A DNA stretch of 64,000 nt. It comes from an uncultured Chloroflexia bacterium (lineage in GTDB: Bacteria; Chloroflexota; Dehalococcoidia; UBA2979). Under the pieces are notes generated by a model. That model was given only the letters and a program-made list of their open reading frames with translations. It did no database searches and was not told the DNA's origin. The stretch is from assembly GCA_963728205.1 (NCBI GenBank), contig CAVSIV010000006.1:448001-512000 (forward strand), read 5' to 3'. The stretch's first letter is position 1. Each line of letters starts with the position of its first letter. This document shows positions 31,332-41,438 of the stretch, piece by piece. The position numbers and the translations under genes are program-made.

Positions 31332-32264
31332 TCAGTCGGGCAGCGGCGCCACCGTCGGCGCCCACACCTTGCCGTCCTGCACGCGCTGGATGTTCCGCTC
31401 GCCCGCGAGGCCCACGTACGGGCACCCCGCGACCTCGCGGCGCAGCGTCGCCGACTCGTCGCCGGGGGCGATCCATGCGAGCCTGCCGCGCTCGATCCAC
31501 GGCGCGAGGTCGAAGTCGCGCGCGTCGAAGTCCTCGGGCACGGTGTCCCAGCCGCCGCCGACGCGGTAGCAGTCCATGCCCCAGTCGTTCGCGCCCTGCG
31601 TCTCGGGCGGCCGTCGCTCGGCGAAGTAGGTGATCGTCCAGCCGAGATGCCGCCCGACGGCGACCGCGCGCACGACCGCCTGCACGCCGTCGAGCGCGAG
31701 CAGCCGCGGCAGCACGTACGGCGCGCCCGGCCCCGGCTTCACGAGATGCACCGTCGTCTCGACCGGCTCGCGCAGCGCGAGCGCCCCGGTGAACGCGAGC
31801 AGCGTCGCCGGGCGCGCCTCGACCGGCCGCAGCGCGGCCTGGTAGTTCCACCACGGTCCGTCGATCCCATACGTGTCGATCGCGATCGCGGCCACCGCGC
31901 CGGTGAACGGGCAGCGTGCGACCGGCACGCGCGGGAGCGCGGCGAAGTAGGCGTCGGTCGCCTCGTCGAGTGCGTCGCGCACCACGCGCGCGTACGCCTC
32001 GAGCGCCGTGCGCTGCTCGGGGGTCGCCGGCACGCCAATCTCCGACGGCGCCCGCACCGCCGCGAGCGCATCCGTCACGCGGTCGCGCTGCTCGCGCAGG
32101 CCCGCGCGCGTGAGCATGGCGTGGTGCCGCGCGGTGGCAGGGTCGACGATGACGGCAGCGGGGGTGGGGCCGGGGGCGGCGCCGGGGGTGGGGGGCGGCT
32201 CCTCAGCTCGCTGACGCGAGCCGTTCGCCGTCGGGGCGGTCTCCGGGGTGTGGGGGTCTGTCAC
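31332..32264 (-). CDS. Candidate immunity or partner protein of the upstream toxin
   Basis: GGAGG RBS and a GTG start overlapping the toxin TGA. Motifs YFAALPRVPVARCPFTG..IDTYGIDGPWW and DFDLAPWIERGRLAWIAPGD...CPY. Confidence 0.7.
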   Translation of the reverse strand: MTDPHTPETAPTANGSRQRAEEPPPTPGAAPGPTPAAVIVDPATARHHAMLTRAGLREQRDRVTDALAAVRAPSEIGVPATPEQRTALEAYARVVRDALDEATDAYFAALPRVPVARCPFTGAVAAIAIDTYGIDGPWWNYQAALRPVEARPATLLAFTGALALREPVETTVHLVKPGPGAPYVLPRLLALDGVQAVVRAVAVGRHLGWTITYFAERRPPETQGANDWGMDCYRVGGGWDTVPEDFDARDFDLAPWIERGRLAWIAPGDESATLRREVAGCPYVGLAGERNIQRVQDGKVWAPTVAPLPD

Positions 32265-35200
32265 CGGGCGCCTCCCGCCTGGCCCGCGCCCGGCATCTCG
32301 TACGACACGCGTGGCGGCTGGCCCGGCGCGAACTCCACCAATGCCTCCGCACCCGGCGCCGCGCGCACGCTGCCGTCCGTCTGCACCTGCCCGCCGTGGC
32401 TCTCGCGGATCCGCTGGTCGATCGCGCGGTCCTTCGCGTTCTGCGGCACCCAGTCCTTGTGCGGCCCGTGCTGCGTCGCCGCGGTGCCGTCCATCAGAAT
32501 CCGCCTCGACGCGCGCCTTCGTCGCCGCGTCGAGCGGCGCGCCGTCGGCCTTCGTGACGTCCCACATGTCGTGGTCGCCCGTGAACGCCTTCCCGGTGCC
32601 GCCCGGGTTGCGACCGAGCGTCTCCAGGTGGTCGCCGGCCAGGCGCGTGTCGGAGAGGCCGGTGTCGAGCACCACCCCGCCGTCGACCCGCACCAGCCCC
32701 TTGCCCTCGAGCGACGCCATCGCCTGCGCCTCGTCGTGGAACTCGAGGCTGCGCTGCGAGTAGCGCTTCAGGATCGCCTCGCGCGTGGCGCGGTCGAAGT
32801 TGTCGAGCGGCGGCAGGCGCGGCTCGAAGTAGCCCACCTGGCCGCGCGCGTTGAGCGGCGCCCCGATCAGCTCGTCGATCTCGTTGATCGTCTTCGACTT
32901 CAGCTTCACGTGCTTCGGCGGGTGGCCCTCCGCCATCCACTCCAGCGCCGCCTCGTTCGCCGGGCGCACCCGGATGCGCACGCCGTAGCGCTCCGCGACG
33001 TCCTCGAAGTGCGCCGCGCGGTTGCGGAGCATGCCGAACTCCTCCGGCCACTCCACGACCTTCCCCGCCTCGGTCGTGAGCGTCTCCGCCGCCGAGCCGG
33101 CGCGGACGACCATCCGACCGGCCGTCGCGCCCGCGCTGAGGAAGTCGGCGACCTGCGCGAGCATCGACTCGGTCTGCCCGTAGACGGTGATCTTCCCGGC
33201 GAGGTCGAGCGCGGCAAAGATGCGATCGAGCGTGCCGACCGAGTGGCCCATCTCGTCCTTGCCGTAGGCGATCTTCACGATGTCCGCGTAGCCGGTGACG
33301 TCGGCGGCGGTCCGCCACATCCCGATCACGGCCCCGGTCATGCCGCGCATGAACGAGTCCATGTTCATCTCGTGGCCGGCGCGCTCGGCGCTGCGCATGA
33401 TGTCGTACTCGTCGCGGGGGTCCCACTGCGAGAGGTCGGGGCGCGACATGATGCCCCACATCCCGCGCAGCAGCGCGAGCTTCATCGTGTCGAGCGAGTT
33501 CTCGTTCGTGGAGATGTCGTGCGCCTCCTTGCAGAGGCGCACGATCTGCGCGGCGTGCCGCTCGAGGCGCGTCTTCTCCGGCGAGTCCGGGATGCCGGGC
33601 AGCAGCTTCTGGACGTTCTCCCAGTAGGTGCAGAGCTGCTCAATCGCGTGGCGGTAGCGACCGAGCCCGAGCTGGACCCAGGTCTCGTAGACCTCGAACG
33701 TCGCGGCGTCCTGCGCGTCGACGCCGTCGACGGTCACGGTGACGCGCTCGCCGTTCGGCACGTCGCTCAGGTCGTTGCCCATGTCGCCGCTCGAGAACTC
33801 GAAGCCGAGGATCGTCGTCTTGCCGCCGCCGGTGCCGCCCTGCTCGATGGTGAGCGGCTCGCTGCGGTAACGGGGCGGGCCCGACACGTTGCCGGTCCAG
33901 CGCAGCGTGACGGTCTCGTCGTCGCCGCGGGCCGCCTGCAGCGTGACGTCGATCGTCTGCGGCGGGTTGCCGCTGCCCTGGCGCGGCGTCTCGACCACGA
34001 TGCGGAAGGTCTCGTCCTTCGCGACCGCGTCGCCGCCCCCGCCGGCCTCGATCGTGACCTTCGGATGGGTCAGCGGCGGCGGGGCGGGCGGGCCGGAGCC
34101 CAGGGCCTTCCAGACGCTCGAGAACGTCTCCTTCGCGGCGGTGACGAAGGTGTCAGCGACTTCCTTGATCTTGTCCGGCGCCTCCACGACGCGATCACGC
34201 AGCCACGTCGCGCCGCGCTTGAGCAGCGTGAGGCCCCGGTCGAGGAGGGTCGGCTCCTCCTCGTCCGTCGTCTCGCCGTCGCCGTCGCCGTCCTGTCCCG
34301 GTCGGCGTGGGCGCGTGCCCTCCGGCGCCGGCGTCGTCGGGGCAGCCGGCGCGGTGGGCGCGGTGGGCGCGCCGCCGCGGCTCGTCGCGTAGCCCAGCGC
34401 CGCGCCGCCGGCGACGGTCATCGCGAGGCCCGCGGCCGTCGCTCCGCCGTTCGAGCCGCCGCCGTCGCCGCCCGCCTCGGGCACCGCGATGGAGCCGCCT
34501 CCGCGCGGAACGCCCGTCGACGGCGTCGCGCCCCCGCCGCCGCCCGCGGGTGGCTGCGTCACGCCCGGCGTCCCGCTCGGCGCCGATCCCGGCACGACGA
34601 CCGTCGCCGCCGGCCGCTGCGTCGACGCGGGCTCGGGCGCCGGCGTCCCGGGCACAGGGGTCGCGTCCATCCCGCCCGGCGCGATCGCCACGGTGGCGCC
34701 GCCGGGCCCGGCGCACGGCTCACCGAAGCCGCTCTCCGCGCCCTGGTAGCGGCACTCGTAGCGCGCCCCCGCGACGTCGATCCGCGCGACGATCGTGCGG
34801 TCGGCGTGCGACGTGCTCCGGTCGCACGGCGGGTGGGGATGGGTCCAGAAGAAGCCGAGCGGGCCGTTCCCGCCCCACGTCCCACAGTCGGCGCCCGACC
34901 ACGCGATCTCTGACGGGCGTGCCGTCGGGAACCGCAATCGGCACGCGGTAGAAGGTCGTGAACAGCGGCTGCGAGAACGTCGCGCCGATGGGGCCGACGC
35001 GCACGGGGACCGGCGTGGCGGAGGCCGTCGAGCCCGACACCGCCGCCGCCGCGACCGGCGTCCCGCCGCCGCCGGCGGCGGGCGCCGCCGTGCCCCCGCC
35101 GGCCGCGTGCGCGCGCCCGCCGAAGGGATTGCCCACGACGGCGACCACGAGCATGCCGGCGAGCATCAGCCCGACCCCGGCGACGCCGATGCGCTGGTCC

Positions 35201-35824
35201 TCCGTCGCGGCGTGCTCGCAGCGACGCAGGCACGCGACGTACTCGTCCTTGAGGCGCCGGTGCTCCCGCTCGGCGGCGTCGATCTCGTCGTAGTGGCGGT
35301 CGAGCCGCTGCTGCGCGCGGTCGATCGCGCGCTGCAGGTCGTCCTGCGCGGCGCTCTCGAGCCGGTTGAGGTCCTGGACGTCGCGCAGCGTGGTCGCTTC
35401 GCGCTGGCGCGCGTTCGCCAGGGCGTCGAGCATGCCCTGCAGCCCCGCCGCGCGCCCGAACTGCTCGATCGCCTGCTGGTTGCGGAACCACAGGGTCTGC
35501 GACCCCATCCGCTGCTCGATCCAGCCGTCGCGCGGGGCCAGCGAGACGTCGCTGCCGATCATCGACGCCGCCGGCCCGGCGCCGCCGCCGGTCATCGCCG
35601 AGATCTGCGCGACGAGAATCCGCCACCGCCGTGGCGGCCGCCGCGTGGACGGCCTCCGCGTGCATCCGGCCCTCGGTCGCGCGGCGCAGGGCGTCGGCGT
35701 AGGAGCGCAGGCCGTCCTGCAGGCTCTGCTTCAGCGGGTCCGTCTGCGCCTGGAGGTCGGTGATGTGGACGCCGACGTCGTAGATCTGCTGCTGCAGCGG
35801 CTCGCACTCGGGGCAGCTCGGCAT
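32261..35824 (-). CDS. Membrane-anchored polymorphic-toxin-like protein with PT-TG-like motif and C-terminal EF/CyaA/ExoY-like nucleotidyl cyclase domain (three +1 frameshifts)
   Basis: Four ORF pieces, each offset by one base, join into ~1186 aa. Motifs RPAN...GHPPKHVKLKSKT, FTGDHDMW and TQHG match the class II cyclase conserved regions. Confidence 0.75.
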
Positions 35825-35834
35825 CGCGGCGCGC

Positions 35835-36167
35835 CTACGCCAGGAGCATGCCGACGAGGCCGGCGACGACGATGCCCAGCGCGATCGAGGCGCCCATGTG
35901 CGTCAGCGCCACGATCGGCGATGGCCGGAAGAAGACCATCAGCAGCGCGCGGGCGAAGAGGACGGTCGAGACGAGGCCGAGGAGCACGCCGAGCCACGGC
36001 GCGACGCTGACTGCCCACGACACGATCAGCGCGACGGCGATGCCGCCGGCGGTGAACGCCACGGCGCGGGTCGCGGCGCGGCCGAGCCGGCACGAGCGGC
36101 AGGGCGCGCCCGGGATGGCCGCGGCCGTGAGGGCGGTGGAGGCGGGCGTCGTTGCGTCGGTGGTCAT
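35835..36167 (-). CDS. Small 3-TM membrane protein, first gene of the toxin operon
   Basis: CRSC motif, then three hydrophobic helices. Its stop is 10 nt before the toxin ATG. Confidence 0.65.
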   Translation of the reverse strand: MTTDATTPASTALTAAAIPGAPCRSCRLGRAATRAVAFTAGGIAVALIVSWAVSVAPWLGVLLGLVSTVLFARALLMVFFRPSPIVALTHMGASIALGIVVAGLVGMLLA

Positions 36168-36253
36168 TACGTGTGTCCCTCCGCGGGCGGGCGAAACCTT
36201 ACCAAATCACTGCAAGAGTGCGGGCATCGGGGGGGCAAATGGGGCGTGCTTCG

Positions 36254-36380
36254 AGCGGCGCCGGGTCACGGTGCTGAGCGGAGCGCTGCACAGTGCGGGA
36301 GGCTCCCTCAGCGCCGTGACCCGGGAGCCCCCCAGCCCCCGCGGTCCGGCGAACCCCTCAGCGCCGTGACCCGGCGCCGC
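36254..36380. repeat. Inverted and direct repeat cluster (CTCAGCGCCGTGACCCGG)
   Basis: Two direct copies (~36307, ~36357) and one inverted copy (~36260-36277) in a divergent intergenic region. Confidence 0.6.
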
Positions 36381-36472
36381 GGCGCAACCCGAAGCGCGCC
36401 GGCGCCCGGCCGGCCCGCTCGCCCGGCGGGCTATCATCCCCGGACGACCACGCACGTGAAGGGGGACCACCA

Positions 36473-37300
36473 ATGCCGATGCGCACCGTGAACGGCGTCG
36501 ACCTGTTCGTCGAGGAGATGGGGTCGGGCGAGCCAATCCTCATGCACCACGGCTACACCGGGTCGCACGACGCCTGGCTCGAGGAGATCGCGCCGCGCCT
36601 CGCCGACCGCTACCGCTGCATCGTCATGGACGCGCGCGGGGCCGGCGACAGCGCGCACCCCGACGGCGGCTACGACATCCCGCAGTACGCGCGCGACGTC
36701 GTCGGCATGGCCGACGCGCTCGGGCTCGACCGCTTCACGTACGTCGGCCACTCGATGGGCGGCGGCATCGGGTTCCAGCTCGGCCTGGAGCACGCCGACC
36801 GGCTCGACCGCCTGGTGCTCGTCGCGCCAATCCCGTCGGGCGGCACGCAGGCCGACCCCGCGGTCCACGAGGCCGCGCGCGCGATGCGCACCGCGCCCGA
36901 CGGCCGCGCGCGCATGCTGCGTCAGCGCCTCGCGCTGCGCGTGCGCGCGAGCGAGGCCGTCACCGAGCGCGCCCTCGACCGCGCGCTGTCCGTCTCCGAC
37001 GGCCACTTCGAGGACTCGTGGCGCTCGATGGCGTCGTTCAACGTCACCGACCGCCTCGCCGAGCTCACGACCCCGACGCTGATCGTCGCCGGCGCCGCCG
37101 ACGGCCTCTGCACCGCGAACGTGCAGGACTGGATGCGCCTGCCGAACGCGACGCTGCACGTCTTCAGCCGCGTCGGCCACTCGATCCCGAGCGACGTCCC
37201 GGAGGAGTTCGCCGCCGTGCTCGCGGACTTCTTCGCGCACGGCGTCGTCAACGCGCAGACGCAGCAGGCGAAGCTCGAAGCCGCGATGGCGCCGGCGTAG
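36473..37300 (+). CDS. Alpha/beta hydrolase
   Basis: HHGY, DARGAGDS, GHSMGG nucleophile elbow, GAAD, VGH. Confidence 0.9.
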   Translation: MPMRTVNGVDLFVEEMGSGEPILMHHGYTGSHDAWLEEIAPRLADRYRCIVMDARGAGDSAHPDGGYDIPQYARDVVGMADALGLDRFTYVGHSMGGGIGFQLGLEHADRLDRLVLVAPIPSGGTQADPAVHEAARAMRTAPDGRARMLRQRLALRVRASEAVTERALDRALSVSDGHFEDSWRSMASFNVTDRLAELTTPTLIVAGAADGLCTANVQDWMRLPNATLHVFSRVGHSIPSDVPEEFAAVLADFFAHGVVNAQTQQAKLEAAMAPA

Positions 37301-37535
37301 GCGCGGGTGCAGGTGGAGTCGGCGGGCTCGCGCCCTCCGGCGCGCGGGAGGCTTCTGGTCGGCCGTGTGCGGTGGCGGCCGTGAACCGGGCGAGCGGCAG
37401 GCGTGAGTCCTGCCGTGCGTCAGCGATCGGCGCGAAGTTTGACCTGTCGGTCAAGGCACCACTCCATCGGGCAACCGAAGCCTCGTGAGTCCGTTAAGGT
37501 TCCGCCCGACAACTCAACGGTCGGGAGGAAGATCG

Positions 37536-37820
37536 ATGAAGGACTGGATCGAATTCAGGACGATGTGGACGCCCGTGATCGTCGAGGCGGTCTTCATCGG
37601 AGTCTCGATAGTGATGATCGCTGGCGGCCTCATCGATGCGATCAACGGTTCGACCCGCGATGAGCGCTGGATCGCGCTCGGAGTCGCCGTGCTCGGCCCG
37701 GTGGTCCTGCGTATCTCCTGCGAATTGATGATCGTGATCTTCAAGATCCACGAGGGAATCGAGGAGATCCTCGACTCCATGCCCATGCGGGAGCACGAGG
37801 GCGACCGCGTGCGGGCGTAG
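37536..37820 (+). CDS. DUF4282-family small membrane protein
   Basis: F..M.TPVIV...RISCELMIVIFKIHE, two TM helices. Confidence 0.75.
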   Translation: MKDWIEFRTMWTPVIVEAVFIGVSIVMIAGGLIDAINGSTRDERWIALGVAVLGPVVLRISCELMIVIFKIHEGIEEILDSMPMREHEGDRVRA

Positions 37821-37850
37821 CAGGCAGCGCTCAGGCAGGGAGGCGCATCA

Positions 37851-38732
37851 ATGACGAGACCGGGCGCGCGTCCGCCGTCCCGCTCGGGCGAACCGTATGT
37901 CGGCCAGGTCACCGACCCGCGCCCGTTCACCGTCACGCCCGACCTCGTCGACGCCTATCGCGGCGGCCTCGACGTCCCGCCGTCCGACGTGCCGCCGCTG
38001 ATGCTCGCCAACGCCGCCGACACCGGGAACGTCGTCCTCTTCTCGCAGCAGCGCGGGCACCTGTGGCTGCGGCAGGAGTGGGAGTTCCACGCGCCGCTCG
38101 CGACCGGCGTCGCGTACACCGCCGAGGGCCGCGTCGCCGACATCTACCCGCGCCGCGACCGCACGATCCTCCTCACCGAGACCGTGCTGCGCGCGCCCGG
38201 CGGCCCCGGCGCCCCCGGCGCCCTCGGTGCGGGCACGGTCGTGTCGGTCCAGCGTCACCACCAGAGCTTCCTGCTCGACGCGCCCGCCGAGGTCCGCCTG
38301 CGCGCGCCGGCGGAGAAGGAGGGGGCGCGCACGTTCGCCGCGCCCGCCGGCCGCGAGCTCGCGACGCTCGAGTGCACCGTCACCCTCGACATGTGCGTGC
38401 GCTTCTTCCAGGGCGCGCGCACCTACCACGCCGACGTCGACGCCTCGCGCGCGCTCGGCTTCAGCGACGTGGTCGTCGGCGGCCGCATGACGATGGCCTA
38501 CGTCGGCGAGCTGCTCGAGTCCGCGCTCGGCGAGCGCTGGGCGCGCGGCGGCCGCCTGCTCGTGAAGTTCACCAACGTGCTCGCCCCCGGCGAGTCGATC
38601 CGCGTGCGCCTGCTCGCCACCGGCCCGCTCCCCGCCGACGCGTCGCGCGAGGGCGTCTTCGCCACCGTCGAGCGCACGGACGGCACGATGATCCTGGTGG
38701 CCGAAGGCAGTCTCGGCGCGCGGCAGGTCTGA
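37851..38732 (+). CDS. Double hot-dog MaoC-like dehydratase
   Basis: LRQEWEFHAPL, YHADVDASRALGFSDVVVGG, VKFTNVLAPGE. Confidence 0.8.
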   Translation: MTRPGARPPSRSGEPYVGQVTDPRPFTVTPDLVDAYRGGLDVPPSDVPPLMLANAADTGNVVLFSQQRGHLWLRQEWEFHAPLATGVAYTAEGRVADIYPRRDRTILLTETVLRAPGGPGAPGALGAGTVVSVQRHHQSFLLDAPAEVRLRAPAEKEGARTFAAPAGRELATLECTVTLDMCVRFFQGARTYHADVDASRALGFSDVVVGGRMTMAYVGELLESALGERWARGGRLLVKFTNVLAPGESIRVRLLATGPLPADASREGVFATVERTDGTMILVAEGSLGARQV

Positions 38733-38801
38733 GACCTGCCGCGTGCAGTGGCCACCTACCAGAACACGGCGCGCCTGAAGCGCGCCGCGCCGGAGGAACC
38801 C

Positions 38802-39824
38802 ATGCAGTACTCCGCCTTCTACCTCGCCGGATCGCCCACGCGCGAGGAACCCGCGACCGTCCTCCGCCGCGCCATCGAGTACGCGCAGGAGGCCGAGGCG
38901 CTCGGCTTCGACTCCGTGTGGTTCGCCGAGCACCACTTCTCGAACTACGGCTACATCCCCAACCCGCTGCTGATGGCCACGCGCGTCGCTGCCGAAACGT
39001 CGCGCATCCGCGTCGGCACCGCCGTGCTCGTGCTGCCGTTCTGGAACCCGCTGCGCGTCGCGGAGGACATCGCGCTCGCCGACCAGCTCTCCGGCGGCCG
39101 GCTCGAGGTCGGCGTCGCGCGCGGCTACCAGCCGTTCGAGTTCCGCCGCTTCGGCCTCGACCAGGAGGAGTCGCGGGAGCGCACCGACGAGGCGCTCGAG
39201 ATCCTGCTGCGCGCGCTCACCGAGGACGGATTCAGATTCGACGGCCGTCACTACCACGTCCCGGAGACGACGGTGTTCCCGAAGCCGCTGCAGCAGCCGC
39301 GCCCGCCAATCTGGCTCGCCGCGCACACGCCGGAGTCGTTCGAGATCGGCGCCCGCCTCGGCCTGCGCGCGCTCACCACGAACTCCGGCCGGCCGCTCTC
39401 GGTGCTCCAGGAGGGCTGGGCGAACTTCGAGGCCGCCCGCGCGCGCCACCCCGGCGCCCCCGCCGACTTCGGCGTGCAGGCGCAGGTCTGCGTCGCCCCC
39501 ACCGACGACGAGACCCGCGCGCAGATGCCGCACTTCCTCTACCAGCAGCGCCAGGCCACCGCGCTGCGCAGCGGCCGCGAGCACGTCGTCTCCGGCGTCT
39601 CCGAGCCGCTCCCCTTCGAGGGCGAGCCGTCGCTCGACGAGATGTTCGAGTCGCGCACGCTCGCCGGCTCGCCGGCCACGGTCGCCGAGAAGCTGCGCCG
39701 CTACCGCGAGGCGTGCGGCATGACGCTGCTGAGTTGCGTCTTTCATGGGGGTGGGATGGCACCCGAGGTGGTCCGGCGTTCGATGCGGCTGTTTGCGGAA
39801 GAAGTGGCGCCGCGGCTCGGCTAG
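38802..39824 (+). CDS. Luciferase-like monooxygenase (LLM)
   Basis: AEALGFDSVWFAEHHF, PLRVAEDIALADQLSGGRLEVGVARGY, PKPLQQPRPPIW. Confidence 0.9.
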   Translation: MQYSAFYLAGSPTREEPATVLRRAIEYAQEAEALGFDSVWFAEHHFSNYGYIPNPLLMATRVAAETSRIRVGTAVLVLPFWNPLRVAEDIALADQLSGGRLEVGVARGYQPFEFRRFGLDQEESRERTDEALEILLRALTEDGFRFDGRHYHVPETTVFPKPLQQPRPPIWLAAHTPESFEIGARLGLRALTTNSGRPLSVLQEGWANFEAARARHPGAPADFGVQAQVCVAPTDDETRAQMPHFLYQQRQATALRSGREHVVSGVSEPLPFEGEPSLDEMFESRTLAGSPATVAEKLRRYREACGMTLLSCVFHGGGMAPEVVRRSMRLFAEEVAPRLG

Positions 39825-39959
39825 GCAGATGTGCGGACCGGCGTTACCGGCCTGATCCTCCCGTCTAGCTGTTCGTCGCCGTACCGTCAGTACCACGCCC
39901 CTGATCGACACCCGGCCCGCGACCGGCTCTCGCCGGCGCCAAGCACGATGGGTATCCCC

Positions 39960-41438
39960 ATGTCCGCGTCCGCGCTCGAAATCGACCCGATCTTCCACCC
40001 CCGCACCGTCGCCTGCTTCGGCGTCCCCTCCGGCAAGGCCGCGTGGGGCAGCATGTTTCACCAGGCGATGCTCGACTCCGGCTTCGAGCGCGACCGCCTC
40101 TTCCTGGTCAACCCGAAGGCCACGGAGATCATGGGCATGCCGGCCTACCCCGACCTCACCTCCATCCCCGGGCCCGTCGACCACGTGATCTCGCTCGTGC
40201 CGGCGCGCGTCGTGCCCGAGCTCGTGCGGCAGTGCATCGCCAAGGGCATCCGCTCGCTGCACCTCTTCACCGCCGGCTTCTCGGAGACGGGCGACGCCGA
40301 CATGGCGCGCGTCGAGCGCGAGTCCATCGAGGCGCTGCGCGCGGCCGGCATCCGCACCATCGGCCCCAACTGCCTCGGGCTCTACGTGCCGGAGAGCGGC
40401 CTCACCTTTGGCGCCGAGTTCCCGCGCGAGCCCGGCAACGTGATGCTGATCTCGCAGTCGGGCGCCAACGCCGGCGAGATCGTGCGCGCGCAGGCGCCGC
40501 GCGGCGTGCGCTTCTCGAAGGTCGTCTCCTTCGGCAACGGCGCCGACCTCAAGGCGCACGACTTCTTCGACTACGCGGCGGCCGACCCGCAGACCGAGGT
40601 CGTGATCTCGTACCTCGAGGGCGTGCAGGGCGGCCGTGCGCTCTTCGACTCCATCCAGCGCTGCGCCGCCGTGAAGCCGACGATCATCCTCAAGGGCGGC
40701 CTCTCCGGCGCCGGCGCGCGCGCCGCGTCGTCGCACACCGGGTCGCTCGCCGGCGACCGCGCGATCTTCGAGGCGATGTGCCGCCAGATCGGCGCGATGC
40801 GCGTCGACTCCATGGACGAACTGCACGACCTCACCGTCGCCGTCGCGACGAGCATCCGCGGCGTCCGGGGCGACCGCGTCGTGCTCGTCGGCGGGCCGGG
40901 CGGGTTCGCGGTGCTGTCGTCGGACGCCATCGCGGCGGCGGACCTCCAGCTGCCGGAGACGCCCGAGGCGGCGAAGCGCGGCCTGCGCGAGTTCATCCCG
41001 GTCGCCGGCACGAGCGTGAACAACCCGATCGACGCCCACGCGCGCGACAACGAGCAGATGGAGCGCATGCTCACGCTGCTCGCCGGCACCGGCGCATACG
41101 ACGTCGTCCTCAGCACGTCGCTCGGCGCCGACCCCGTGCGCTGGGACCGCGACGACGACACCGGCGCGGTCGACGAGGTCTCCGCGGACGAGCGCCGTGC
41201 GGCGGCGGTGGAGCGCACGCGCGAGAACGCGCGCTTCATGGCGCGGCTGCAGGACGAGATCGGCGTGCCGATCGCGTACATCCAGCGCGAGGCGTTCGGC
41301 GACCGGTCGCGCGTCGCCGCCGGCGCCGCGTTCGCCGAGGGCATCGCGACGTTCCCGTCGGTCGCGCGCGCCGCGAGCACGGTGCGCCGGATGCTCGAGT
41401 GGCGCGCGCGCCGCGAGGGCCTGCCCGCGATGTTCTAA
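39960..41438 (+). CDS. ADP-forming acyl-CoA synthetase, alpha-type CoA-binding subunit
   Basis: IGPNCLG, ISQSG, SFGNGADL, YLEG, phospho-His motif AASSHTGSLAG, NNPID. Confidence 0.85.
   Translation: MSASALEIDPIFHPRTVACFGVPSGKAAWGSMFHQAMLDSGFERDRLFLVNPKATEIMGMPAYPDLTSIPGPVDHVISLVPARVVPELVRQCIAKGIRSLHLFTAGFSETGDADMARVERESIEALRAAGIRTIGPNCLGLYVPESGLTFGAEFPREPGNVMLISQSGANAGEIVRAQAPRGVRFSKVVSFGNGADLKAHDFFDYAAADPQTEVVISYLEGVQGGRALFDSIQRCAAVKPTIILKGGLSGAGARAASSHTGSLAGDRAIFEAMCRQIGAMRVDSMDELHDLTVAVATSIRGVRGDRVVLVGGPGGFAVLSSDAIAAADLQLPETPEAAKRGLREFIPVAGTSVNNPIDAHARDNEQMERMLTLLAGTGAYDVVLSTSLGADPVRWDRDDDTGAVDEVSADERRAAAVERTRENARFMARLQDEIGVPIAYIQREAFGDRSRVAAGAAFAEGIATFPSVARAASTVRRMLEWRARREGLPAMF

Noticed and set aside
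31332-34937. 1201-aa ORF as a genuine toxin-immunity fusion
   Set aside because: The catalytic His motif (TQHG) lies in another frame after 32498, and the downstream part has its own RBS and GTGA overlap. The fusion results from one extra base.
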